NCBI RefSeq assembly: GCF_964213995.1
Contig: NC_135816.1
Location: forward strand, 38,192,001-38,256,000
DNA: 64,000 bases
Source of the DNA: Mustelus asterias
Taxonomy: Eukaryota
Direction of reading: 5' to 3'
Shown here: piece after piece, positions 46,591-59,432 of the stretch
How positions within the stretch are numbered: the first letter of the stretch is position 1
How the letters are laid out: each line of letters opens with the position of its first letter
Program-made: the position numbers and the translations under genes
Notes under the pieces: model-generated
What the model saw: only the letters and a program-made list of their open reading frames with translations
Told to the model about the DNA's origin: nothing
Databases searched by the model: none

Positions 46591-48629
46591 GGCCGCACAG
46601 CGGTCAGGAAAATACTTTTGTTGTAAATTAACCAGTTCGGAGCCGGGCAAAGTGTAAACAAGACACATCAACCAATCGTAGACTAGAAAGGCCTAATGAA
46701 TTTCAAAAGGATTGTTAACACATAGCCAATAGTCATTTATTGAATACCTCCATAATTAGGTAGCTTTATGCGTACCCCAAACACCACTTATCCCCTGCTC
46801 ATTTCGGGATGCTTACCTGTCCCTAGCATACTAATAATTATATGGACTAAAATCTAACTTTGGGTTATTCTATCGTGTGGTTGCAAATCATTGCTTTATC
46901 TTTCCTGGAAGTACTGTTAATTGGGAATAATCTAGCATTGTATGGACGGCTTATTTTAACTTGTTTCTGGCAAGTGATTAGAGTTTGGAGTTGTGAATTG
47001 CGGCTTTTCTTAGTTTCGATTGCATTTCAGAAGCTTTGTCCTCTGGCTATCTAGACAGTATATTTTCAAAGTGTGTTTATTCACACGATCAGTTTCATTC
47101 ATTATTGTTGCCTATTTTAAATGGAAAATTATAGTATTTAGAATTGGAGCACACATTGCTCATTCTACAGTAATCACTTGCCCCATTTTGGATACTGCAT
47201 CGTGGCTTCAAGCCCCAGTGCTGATTTTAAGCATAACATTTAAACTGTGTCGTACACAAGATATTAAACCAAATTCCGTGGTCAATTGAAGTGAACGCTA
47301 ATGATCTCATGGCACTATTAAAGTGATGTGGAGATGCTATTAAAAAGTGACCTTGAATTAATATTCTCTCAAAATCAATAGAAAAATGCAAGTTGCAAAA
47401 TGTCTGGTCATGTCACCGCACCTCTATAATTCGTTGTATGGGAAGGATTTGGGACTTCCCGTCCCGATAAAAGGTGCTTCATAGAATCAAATTGTTTGCT
47501 CCAACGTTGTCCAAGGCTAACAAACGCAATTTAAAGCGAGAGCATATTTCTGCAAGGATGTAATCGTTTTTTTAAAAACATCGCACCGACGGCAGCGGCA
47601 TAACACTTATCCAAGGTCATCAAATCAAGTGAGCTAAATTTTGGCAAGTGGTGAGAGACTATTCCAGAAAGCAGTCTCGCACTCTTGACTTCACGCTGGT
47701 TACAGAAGTACTGTAGCTCACTGAAAACCATTATAAAAATTAACAAGTAAGATTTCCATTAGTAATGGGAATGGTCTGTAGAGTAGGTTAGAATGGTGGT
47801 CTTCGATACAATTAGAAGCGTAATCAAAATCTCAGTCTAATTATGTATAAATTCAGTGATGCGATGCACAAAACAATGAGGAATTAGCAGGACCTTGTGT
47901 CAAATCACTGCCGATGGTACAGGTGGAAATTGAAACCGGCGCAGAATCGGCGGAAATTTGTAGAACTTCCGTCAAATGATGGTGACCTTTTAAATTAGAT
48001 TAAAAATGTGTAACCATAGCAATTTAATGCTCTCTAGGTGATGTGAATGACAGTTAAATGGGTATTACTAATAGTAGCGATAGGCAGTCGCAGGCTGGTC
48101 TGGCAACTTATCAACGGGAATCCAGTCATCCCGTAGAGATATATATCCAAGTATTTCCTAATGAACTTGTCGTCAACTCCCAGTAATGCAAGAGAAACGT
48201 GCTGGCTTGTGATGAGTTTTTTTGTAAAATATGATTTTAACAAACTACACGTCAGCTCCAGATATTATTACGCATTAACACCGCAAAACGATCAGCAGCG
48301 ATGGACGATATAAATTGTGTAATAAAGTTTCTGCAAATTGTAGACTCGGCGCTGAGACCTTAGTCTTAGCGATCTCTCGTTATGTTGAGGTTCACTACTC
48401 GCTTTGCTGTAAGCGAACGTTACATGCTCAAAAACAATTAGATCAACTAGTTCATAATTATTCTGGTAAATTTGGGATCCTCAACTAAATATCTCGGGCC
48501 ATGACAAGTGTGTGATTTGGGCAAGTGGTTATTTAAAGTTATCAGTAATACACTTTCATATGTTGACTTTTTAAAACTACACTAATAAAGTTATGAATTT
48601 GTTAAAGCATACAGGGTGCGCCTTATGAG

Positions 48630-49040
48630 AAAAAAGTTTTGTATTTATATAATGCCTTGCACGATCACAGAACAAAGCATTTCACAACCAATTAAGTACT
48701 TTCGAAATGTAGTCCTCCAATGTAGGAATGACTACAACCAAGTTGCTCACAGCAAGCACCCATATTCAGCAATGATGTGGATTTGAGATTACAATCAGAT
48801 CAGCCATGATCTTAATGAACGGCAGAGCAAGCTCGAGGGGGCCTTTTCCTGTCCCCAATTCGTTCAATAGCCAAAATAGTGCCATGGGTTCATCACCATC
48901 CGCTGAAAGGGCCCATGGGACTCCAGCACAATGTCTCAGCTTTAAGAGACAGTTCTTTTACTCTCAGCATTGCACTGGAGTGGCGACTTTGATGGGCATG
49001 TTCATTCTAGAGTGGGACTTCAATCCCCAGCTTTTTAAAC
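48630..49040 (-). mobile_element. DeuSINE (SacSINE1/AmnSINE1-like) with a CR1 tail fragment inserted (~48776-48865)
   Basis: Reverse complement resembles the plus-strand copy at 54121-54550 (tail ..TATATAAATACAA). Confidence 0.6.
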
Positions 49041-51120
49041 TTGGGCTAGCGCCATTACCTGCGCGCAGTTTCACCTTATTCCGTAATGAGTCTACCATAC
49101 TTACTTGAAACTCTCTCAAACCACTCGGCCTCCTAGTTACAGGATACAAAGTACAAAACAGCTCACCCAGTCCACGCAGAAGCAGCCCATGCGGCCTATC
49201 TAGTCAATGTTTCATTGGAGCCTCCTTCATCTAAGTTCCATATTCGCACACTTTCAATTCTAGTCATCACGACTACCTACTTTTGGCCTTTAATCTACTC
49301 CATCTCACTTGACTTGTTCTTGAGACTATACAAATCCCCGCTAGAATCGAATGCTATCCTTCTGAATTCCAACCTATCACAACCATTATCCGGTTTTCAT
49401 AAACCGCGTTAACTCTCCAACATATATTTCAAAGTTCATGTCCTGTTTTACACCTGTGGTTTTTCACATTCGATTATCCTATAAGGTAGCTCTTTCGGCA
49501 TACAGTCTATTTTTCAGAACATAGACTTTACCTCATGTCATTGTTCGAGAATAGAACTTTCAACTGCCTCTCTCACGTTTGTTGGAAATGCCTTCCCAAA
49601 GTCACTACCAAATATAGCATTAATCACCCCTCACCTTTAACAAATGGATCTCATTAAGCTGGTTAGCAATGTTCGTTTATAACCCGTCCTTCGTCACTGT
49701 TTGATAAAAACCGTTACACAAACGTACGCTTACATTAAATCTTGTTGTTTGAACGGTGATGGAATAGTTCAGCAGTTCTAGGCATCATAAAATAGCGAGA
49801 CTGTTAAGCTTTACCTCAGTATTTAATGGTTTTACAAACTCAATGTATAGCCAGACCAACCCGCATACTTACAACAACCTAGGAATACAAAGATTGATCA
49901 TGTTTGCAAGTCGTAACTCTGCTCTTTTGGGTGGACGTTATGCTGTTACATATCAGAGTGCGCCAATTGGATTGTGAAAGATGCAGGGGATTGTAATTGA
50001 GCAGCTGAACCTTATTCGGATGTAATACATCCCACCCGATCAAGCTAATTGAGTGGCGGATGCTTTTCTTCAAATAACTTTAGAAACACAGAATTACGGA
50101 ACATGTTTTAAGTTTGGGTATTAAACGTTTCATCGAGGATTAATTAAGAATCACGGTAGGTCAGGTCCCTTTCCAATGGAGTAGAATATTGTGAAGGTTT
50201 GATTGAAAGGTACTGATACAAATTTGGGGGGTGTTTTAGTAAATCAAAAAATACTTCTTTGATTTACAGATCCGCGGCGTTCAGTTTAGAATAATTGTTT
50301 TACAGCACAGAGCTTTGTGGCAAACTACCTCGATTCTAGTTCAATTTTTTTACAGTAACATTTGTAAACAATCTAAATTCTGTTCTAGACCACGAAGAAA
50401 ATATATTCGATCAACATAACATAAAACGGAAAGGTGGTTACAATTTCAGTTTTAAATGGGTTACTGAATCAATTGAAATCCTTCTGGTCTCAATTCCATG
50501 CTTTTAAACTCGCACTGCGTCAAAATGCTTGTCATATTAGACACAAATATTCAACTTATTCCAGAGAATTGTTTATTAGTATTTTTTTTCGCGTATTTCA
50601 GTACGAAGCATAAAGCTGCTTTGATAGTTGAGGGTCAATAACAAGTCGGCAGGGAGCTGTTCGAAGCTGAGAAGCTTCACGTAAAGCGCAGAACTTGAAA
50701 GCCACGACTATCCCTCGAATCGCACTATTTCTTTCAAACACGTGTGAACTTCTGATCTAATCCTGTTAAAACAAAAACTATATCCTGCCGACGTTAACGC
50801 AAATTGTTCAAAGCAGACCGTATCAAGAGACAAAGGGGTAAATTATAATCTTGTTTTAAACTGGCGGATAGAACCAAGTGGTTTCTGTCCATAGCGCCTA
50901 CTATTAGCACGGAAGATAAATTGAACGTCCATGGGTTATTTCTAGCTGGATTATTTGGGGTTGGACTTTCATGTGGACTTGGTTCAATTTTTAAAAAATG
51001 AACGTTTCAAATCAATTATTTTACTATCAAGAACAAGTCAAAAGATCTATCTCCAGTCTCACGTTTTTTTAAAAAATCCACAGATACAAATTTAATTTGG
51101 TGGGAAGATTGGTGAGATTA

Positions 51121-51411
51121 AAGTAAAAGTAAAGTTATTTATTAGTGTCACAAGTAAGGCTTACATTAACATTGTAATGAAGTTACTGTGAAATTCCCCT
51201 AGTCGCCACATTCTGGCGCCTGTTTGGGTCAATGCATCTAACCAGCACGTCTTTCAGACTGTGGGAGGAAACCAGAGCACCCAGAGGAAACCCACGCAAA
51301 CACAGGGAGAGTGTGCAAACTCCACACGGACAGTGACCCAATCCAGGAATCGAACCTCGGTCCCTGGTGCTATGAGGCAGCAGTGCTAACCACTGTGCCA
51401 CCATGCTGCCC
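51121..51411 (-). mobile_element. HE1-like SINE
   Basis: B-box GGTTCGATTCC on the minus strand; same body as 9163-9444. Confidence 0.88.
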
Positions 51412-52732
51412 ATTTCCACCAGTGGGTCGGGTCAGGCATTCCACTCACACTTAAGTTATTTTTTTGGAGTTTAGGAGATTTGTGCGGGACCTAGAGATGT
51501 TGGCAAGGCTGGCTCCATCTCCAGACAACTCTACAGCACCCTGCACATCCTCTGTAGCTGCTCTATGACATCCACCATCCAAGTACACCTCTATCCACCA
51601 CTTGCTCTGCTACCATCTTCTTTGTCCTCTAGAAGAGAGCTTCTCGGCTCTGATCAAATGGCTAAAATGCTGACAATGCTGGATGTCACTTTTTATATTT
51701 TTGCTCTTCCAATTTCAAGCACTTTTATTTGTCTTATGATGGGTGGATGGAATTTCAAGTATATCTCATAGCAGTCACATTTCAGAGGCTTCTATTTTCT
51801 TCCAGAGATCTTTATTTCTTATCCAGGTTTCTGTGGCCAATAGAAAAATTGATACAATGCAGCATCTTGTGAACTTTTTCCTTGGTACAAGCTTGCATTG
51901 TTTTGTTAACACTTCCCTCACAAAATTACTTCTGGCTAACTTATATTTTTCTGACTTTGGCATTGCATCTTTTTTTCATTCATGGGACATGGGCGTCGCT
52001 GGCTGGCCACCATTTATTTCCATCGCTAGTTGCCCTTGAGGGGCAGTTGAGAGTCAACTACATTGCTGTGGCTCTGAAGTCACATGTAGGCCAGACCAGG
52101 TTAGGACAGCTAATTTCCTTCCCTAAAGGACATTAGTGATTCTGTTATCATATGTCTTTTAAATAGAAAAAACTTGTCTACTTGTTCCAGCGTGACACCA
52201 TCCACTTCAATCTTCAATCTGGTTTATATCAGTAAATTGTGAGATGAACCAAATTGATGGAGTTGCTTAAGATATAAAGGCAAATGAAAGACCAAACAAT
52301 ATCGGAGAAAAGAATGCTTTGAAATTGAGTACAGGAAAAGTTCCAAGCATAAATGTAGCAACAACAAAACATCTAGAAGTCCTTCAAGAAACAGAATGAG
52401 AAGTGATTACAGAAACTTGTGATCAAAATACGTACCAAAGCGCACATTCCGGGTGACTTGATGCATTCAGGTTATCCAAGAAATCTAAAGCGATAGAGTT
52501 CAATCATTTTAGAACTAACTATAAGCTTAATGAGTCATCATTCTTTCTCTTAAATCATATTAGAAAGAAATAATCACACATTTAAAACAGGAATTGGTGA
52601 AAGGCGGACTGGATTTAGATCTGAAGTAGAACAAGACAGGGATATCTGTTATCATTTGTTTTAAATAGAAAAACTTATCTACTTGTTCGAGATAATTACT
52701 AAAGATTGCTTTTAAGTTATATATCCCCTATG

Positions 52733-53060
52733 GGGAGGCAGTAGCACAGTGATCACTGGATTAGTAATCCAGAGACCCAAGGTAATGCTCTGGGGACCTG
52801 GGTTTGAATCCCACCACGGCAGATGATGAAAGTTGAATTCAATAAAAATCTGGAATTAAAGCCTAACGATGACCATGGAACTATTGCCGTAAAAACCCAT
52901 CTGGTTCACTAATGTCCTTTAGGGAAGGAAATCTGTGGTCCTTACCTGGTCTAGGCTACATATGACTCCAGATTTACAACAATATGGTTGATTCTTAATT
53001 GCTTCAGGGATGGACAATAAATGCTGGCGTAGCCAGTGACCCATATCCCATGAACAAAGA
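52733..53060 (+). mobile_element. tRNA-derived SINE with CR1-type tail (related pieces ~24570-24720, ~51970-52140)
   Basis: GGGTTTGAATCCC B-box; body GGTTCACTAATGTCCTTTAGGGAAGGAAAT; tail AATAAATGCTGGC. Confidence 0.7.
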
Positions 53061-53417
53061 AAATCTAGAAGTAAATAGACAATTTACAGATGCTTCATAA
53101 GCTATAAAAAGTGTTTGGTCATGTTTATCACCAAAAGCTAATAGATATGTTGCTGAAATATGACATTGACAGTAAAAATGTCAGATTTATTCCAAACCTA
53201 TAGTGAACATCAGACTAGAAGAGGAACAATCAGATATATTTCAAGTGAGGAGGACAAAGCTGTGTACTGTCACCAAAATTATTCAATCCACACACAAAAC
53301 AAATATTCAGAGAATCAGATATGCTTCCAGGGATAACTGAAGGTACGAACATAACAAACTTGTGGTATGCTGACAACACAGTGCTACTTGCAGAATCAGA
53401 AGAGGCCTTACGAAGTA

Positions 53418-53722
53418 TCATAGAACCATAGAGTTTTACAGCACAGAAGGATGCCCTTTGGCTGGACTGGCCACCAAGCACCTGTCTATTCTAAACCAAT
53501 TTTCCAGCACATAATCCATAGCCTTGTATGCTATGGTGTTTCAAATTCTCATCTAAATGCTTCTTAAGTGTTGTGAGGGTTCTTGCCTCTATCACCCTTT
53601 CAAGCAATGAGTTCCAGATTCTCACCACCCTCTGGGTAAAAAGGTTTTTCCTTAAATTCCCTCTAAATCTACTGCCTCTTAATTTAAATCTCTGCCCTCT
53701 GGTTATTGAGACTTCTACTAAG
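53418..53722 (-). mobile_element. CR1 3' end
   Basis: ORF 53491..53727 TRGQRFKL..FTQRVVRIWNSL. Confidence 0.85.
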
Positions 53723-54120
53723 ATCATAGATCAAGTAAAATCTAGCTGATTAGAATATGGATTGAGTATGAACACCAGAAGACAAAAGCAATGGTTGTTA
53801 GAAGAAACTACAACCTCATGAAGATTAAAGTGGATTTCACAATAGTTAAATATGATGAGGATCATACATAGTTACACAGTTCCATATTGAGCAGTGGTTG
53901 GTGATGGGGATAGTGTCATTCCTGGTGAAGGGTGCTGGGGGTTATGGAGAGGAGGATGAGGTTACAGCAACAACAGATTATTGTCAGCATTGAGAGTCCA
54001 ATCTATCCTGGGACTAGGCTTGTTGTTGGAGCTTGGATTAGATGGGAGAAGGCATGGTATTGGTGTTTCTTGAGTTTCCTTTGTAGACCATGCATTACTC
54101 ATTCCGACTGATGGATATAG

Positions 54121-54550
54121 TGTCAGCCTTGCCTCATTGGCACTTGCATCCGAGTCAGAAGACTTAAGTCCCATTCTAGATATTTGAATGGACAATCTAA
54201 GCTGATAATTAACTGCAGTACTGAGTGAGTGCTTCACTAGTGGAGGTGTTATCTTTTGGATGGGATGCTGAACAGAGACCTCTGTTTTCCTCTTGGGGGC
54301 TATTAAGAACCCAGTATATGATTTTAAGAAGGGCAGAGGAGTTCTGTTGGTGTTCAGGTTTGCATTTATCTCTCAACCAACATCACTGCATGTTTATTTA
54401 TTATTGCTGTTTGTCAGTTTTAGGCCTGCACAATTTAGCAACCTTATTTCCCTATATTACAACAATGATTACACTTCAAAAAGTAACTCATAGGTTGTGA
54501 AATATTTTGGCATGTGATGCTATAAAATGTGCTATATAAATACAAATTTG
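54121..54550 (+). mobile_element. DeuSINE (SacSINE1-like)
   Basis: tRNA-like head GTCAGCC..GAGTCAGAAG, central TTTATCTCTCAACCAACATCACT, tail GCTATATAAATACAA; family identified from memory. Confidence 0.65.
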
Positions 54551-57456
54551 TTTTATTTTCTTCCTATGCTTAGTCTACATGTTTGTTTAGGGGAATGTTG
54601 GATTTTGACACGGCATGGATATGGATCTTCTTGTCACCAGGACTGAGACCTGTGTGAGCTTGCAGTTGTATGGCAAAATTATGCGTGATATATCTTCAAA
54701 TTTGTCCCCCTCCCCCACCCCCACCCTCCAGCTTATATTTTTAATATTTGGGGACTGAAAACATCAAGCCCTGAGGATTTGGTCATTTTGTTCATCTTCA
54801 GTCTTAAGCTTTCTCAACAACATTTTTAAGACATATTAAATGCACAAAGTTCCTCTTGAATTATTTCTAAGTTCTTCTGTATGGCTGGTGTTTTGCCCTC
54901 CTTTTCCACTTTGAAAATGGATTTAATATATATGCCATGTACATTATAGGCTTGCCTACATCTGTTTTTTTAATGAACCCACAGAATGATAGAAGGAAGA
55001 AGGAGTACAATAGATACAGGACCCATATGATTGAGTTAAGGTATAAGAAGGGACCCATCCCCCTAGTAGAGATAACTCTTGTTTCTCTCTCCACAGATGC
55101 TGCCTTGAGTTATCCAGCATTTGAAGTGGCACGGAATGATAATCATGGGAGGCTCCCACTGTCTCCAAATAAATTTGACAGGAAGATGTAGCAGGAGGAG
55201 AAAAGGGAATCATGTTTTAAAAGTTAAAAATTATCTCTTTATCAGTTAGTTTTCAAGAAATTCGACAAGGAAAAAATCAGTGCAGGATCTTGAGGTGGGT
55301 AACGCACCAGAACAGACTGAAGTAAGTCGGAGAGCATCTTGGAAGTGGTGATCGTAAAATAATATAGTTGGAGAGTGACATAAGTAGGACAAAAACTACA
55401 GCAACAGATTGGGAAAGAGGAAATTATGAGTAAATGATAGTGCAACTAAAGGTAAACTGGAAGAAAATCTTGAAAACCGAGGCATTAAAAGTAAAAAAAT
55501 TAGCAAGTTAATTATGGGGCACTATGCATGAATAAAGAACAAAAGGGAAATTAAATCTAATGAAAAAGACATTAAAATGAATAGAGTTGACCTTTTAAAA
55601 TAATAGACCGATTACACTATGGGACAAGAATGGCACCTTGACATTATTATGGAAACTTTCCAGACTAAGCCTTTTTAGAGAGAGTGAGTTTGCATCCTGG
55701 CTCTGTTCCCAGAGGTCTATTTCAAAACTGCTCTGTGCCTATTGAGTAATTATCCCGATGCCAAATGCATAATTGATGTTAGTGGGACTCCTGGTGGCCA
55801 GAATGATTATACCCTCAAAAGAACTTTACGCTAAAATGTAATGTTTTGTCTAAGAACGCTTTCCATACAGGGAAAAATAGCTGGGAAATGTAGATTTTGT
55901 TAAGTTTAAAATAACATAAACAGGACTGTTACTCATTGCTGTGTTAAACACCTTTAAAAGTTGTACTTGAGAAGATAGAGAAGCATTATAGACCACTGTG
56001 TGGTGTTTCCTTGAACAACTTAATCAGCTATGTAAATAAATAATTTGTGGGTTCAATTGAGTACAATGTGTGATGTGTTTTCGTATACTTAAACTTGTGC
56101 AATTTCCAACTTCAGTTGGGTTGCAATGGAAAGGAACATTGAGCAGAGTGTGAAACAAGCAGCTAACTTGCTATGACTTTTTATCTGGTGATAATTATCC
56201 AACGATTTCAATGGAAAGTGAAAATATTTGGCGTAGGGAGTGGAAGATGAATATAATCTCTTGCTGTCCTACAATACTTATACTGCAGCAACTCCGGTCT
56301 CTTCGGTAGCTGCTGTTCCTTTGCTAACCATTGACTGCTGGGTCTTTAGATGTGAAGGTCCTAAGCTTTGGAACTCCCTCCCTGAACCTTCACACATCTT
56401 TCTCATCATTTAAATTTCTCCTTCAAATCTACCTTGTTCGCCAAATGTTTAGTCAGCTGCCCTAATTGATGATGTCATTTTGTGTCTGATTGTGCTCCTG
56501 TGAAACCCCTTGCATTACAGGTGGTTTGTAAATGCAAATTTCTGTTGCTTTTTAAAACAAAATCTTCAGGTGCCACAAACCACTTTATACTGTGAAAAAG
56601 GACCGCAACAATTTCCATCCTCAACCTTCCTGAAGTGAATGCTCCAGCTGCAATGTAAGTAGCTCCTTTACCTACCCTACATATTTCCAATACCCTGACT
56701 CTTGGCAGCAGGCTGAGATAAGGAGCAAAAGCAACCAGAAGTCGTATCCTGCCAGAGATTTGCTGTTGCTACAGGAAAGAAAGAAAACACAGGGAAGCTG
56801 TCGGAAAGTTACTTGTCTGCTACCAAGCAGCTCCTGTGGCAGACTTATGGAATCTTTAGCAAACGCTTCAGAACAGATTCTGACATATCTGTCCTCTTCA
56901 TTCATAAGAATGAATGATGCTTATTTTAAGTTGACTAATAAGAGCAATCCTGGGTTGTGAACAGAAAAATAACTCTACATGTGCACCCTCTTTAAGGAGG
57001 TACAATTAATACAATAAGTTAACAAAGTCCTAATCAAACAAAAAGGAAATGTATGAGTCCGGTTATAACACCGGATTTGACACTCACCTCAGTTCTGTGT
57101 CAATTGTACACTGTAAATGCCCACTGATCAGTGGTGGATTTTCAATGAAACACACCGTGCTGTGGCACAGGGCCCCTGAAACGGTGGAGGGTTCAAAATA
57201 CAGGACAGTCTTTACACTTGAAATAAGGTTTAATAAACCAAACACAAACCCTAAGGGCAACGCTAAATCAGAATACAAAATGCAATATACAAAATAAAGC
57301 AGAATATAAATACAAGTGTTGGGCTGCTCCATGATGCTCCTAGGGGTTCTCACGCCTGACAGGGGTGGAGTCAAGCATAAACAACTATTGGGTAGGTGGG
57401 GGGTGAGGGGGGAAGAGTTCTCTGATTAGTACTGTACATCCTTAACCTGCCAAATA

Positions 57457-58072
57457 ATAGAAACTAGAAGCAGGAGTAGGCCATTCAGCCCTTAGAGGCT
57501 GCTCTGCCATTCATCTTGATCATGGCTGATCATCAAATTCAATATCCTGATCCTCTCTCCCATCTCCTTTGATCCCTTTAGTCCCAAGAGCTATATCTAA
57601 TTGCTTCTTGAAATCGGACAACGTTTCAGCCTCAACTACATTCTGTGGTAGTAAATTCCACACATTCACCACTCTGGGTGAAGAAATGTCTCCTCACCTC
57701 AGTTCTAAAAGGTTTACCCCTTATCTTCAAATTATGACCCCTTGTTTGGGACTCCCCCACCATTGGAAACATTCTTTCTGAATCTACCCTGTCTAACCCT
57801 GTTAGAATTTTATAAGTTTTGATTCTTCTCTTCTCACTCTTGTAAACTCCAGAGAATATAATCCTAACCGACTTAGTCTCTCCTCATGTGACAGACCTGC
57901 CATCCCAGGAATCAGCCTGGTAAACCTTCGCTGTACTCCCTCTATAGCAAGGACATCCTTCCTCAGATAAGGACACCAAAACTGCATACAATACTCCAGG
58001 TGTGGCCTCACCAACACCCTATAAAATTGCAGCACAACATCCCTATCCCTATACTCAAATCCCCTTGCTATG
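57457..58072 (-). mobile_element. CR1 3' part
   Basis: ORF 57802..58137 IARGFEYR..LVRPHLEYCMQFWCPYLRKD..EERLSRLGLYSLE. Confidence 0.9.
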
Positions 58073-58711
58073 ACGGTTTCTCCTCGTGTCTCCATTGCTG
58101 TTTTTGATGAGTGTTTGACGCTTAATTTGAAATTCAACTGAATGAGGCATTTCTGGACTTCAGCACAGTTTCCTCACCTATCCTGCTCACTTACTTTCGG
58201 AAAGTATTTTGCAAGCAAATAATTGGCAGTTACAGCAATTGACTATAGGAGAATACTGAGACATGTCTTGTTTTGTAGAAACAAGTGATTCAAAAATGAA
58301 GTCTGAATTTTTGAGATTTTTTTCAGTCACGGTTCAAGAATCAAACTCTGTGTTGCAACCCATTCTTGAAAACAAAAGGACATTCCTGGTCTCCTGTCGA
58401 TCCTGATCCTCCTTCCCTCAAAACCAGGATAAAGCAAAATGCCGTTTGTTTCTAGCAGAGTTACAATGAGAGACCAGGTCAACACAGCTCCTGCGCAATG
58501 TTACTACTCGGATCATTGATCACATTTTCCTGACCTGACAACATTTGCATCCATGCACTTGTGGCACAGGCTCCATTTGTTGGTGAGTAGAAACCGAACT
58601 GCCATAATACCATCCTGCATCTTTCAGAAGTGGAGCATGTTGAAAACTTTGTGGGTAATGCTGAAATCAGTCAGGACTATTTTTTCTCTCTCTCTGTTAT
58701 CTCCCTGGGCA

Positions 58712-58805
58712 TCTGACGAAGGAGTAGCGCTCCGATAGCGAATGGTGTTTGCTGTCAAATAAACCTGTTGGACTTTAACCTGGTGTTGTTAAAACTCTTA
58801 CTGTG
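58712..58805 (+). mobile_element. Penelope terminal fragment with decayed hammerhead core
   Basis: CTGACGAAGGAGTAGCGCTCCGATAGC...AATAAACCTGTTGGACTTTAACCTGGTGTTG. Confidence 0.75.
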
Positions 58806-59432
58806 ATCTCCCTAGGATGCCAGTTGAGTTTTTTGAAAGTGTACTTCATGTGGAGCCTGGAGCTGCTGAGCTTAGGTTAATGGCAAATCCTTCACCGTTT
58901 TTAATTCATTCAAGGAATGTGGGCTTCGCCAGCATTTATTGCCCATCCCTAATGGCCCTTGAGAAAGTGGTGGTGACCTGCCTTTGTGAACCAGTGCAGT
59001 CCAGTCCATGTAGTGTAGGTACACCCACAGTGCTATTAGATAGCGAGTTCCAGAATTTTGACCTGGCAACAGTGAAGGAAAGGCAATATAGTTCCAAGTC
59101 AGGATGGTGAGTGGCTTGGAGGGGAACTTCCAGGTGTATTCCATGTATCTACTGCCTTTGTCCTTCTAGGTGGTAGTGGTCGTGGGTTTGGAAGGTGCTG
59201 TCTAAGGAAACTTGATGAGTTCCTGCAATGCATCTTGTAGATGGTACACACTACTGCTATTGTGCATCAGTGGTCGCAGGACTGAATATTGTGAATGGGG
59301 TGCCAATCAAGCCCTCGATGGTGTCAAGCTTGTTGAGTGTTGTTGGAGGTGCACTCATCCAGATAAGGGAAAAGTATTCCATTCACTCCTGATATACCTT
59401 GAAGATGGTGGACAGGCTTTGGGGAGTCAGGA

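Larger units (their letters stand above)
51490..53870. mobile_element. RTE-clade LINE with inverted halves (3' part minus ~51490-52220; 5' part plus ~52230-53870), with nested SINE and CR1 pieces
   Basis: Minus: KIEVDGVTLEQVDKF, ATETW..KKIEASEM; plus: NITNLWYADNTVLLAESEEAL, KTKAMVV. Confidence 0.65.

Noticed and set aside
57049-57438. Possible solo LTR (TGTA..TACA)
   Set aside because: No matching TSD and no second copy in the window
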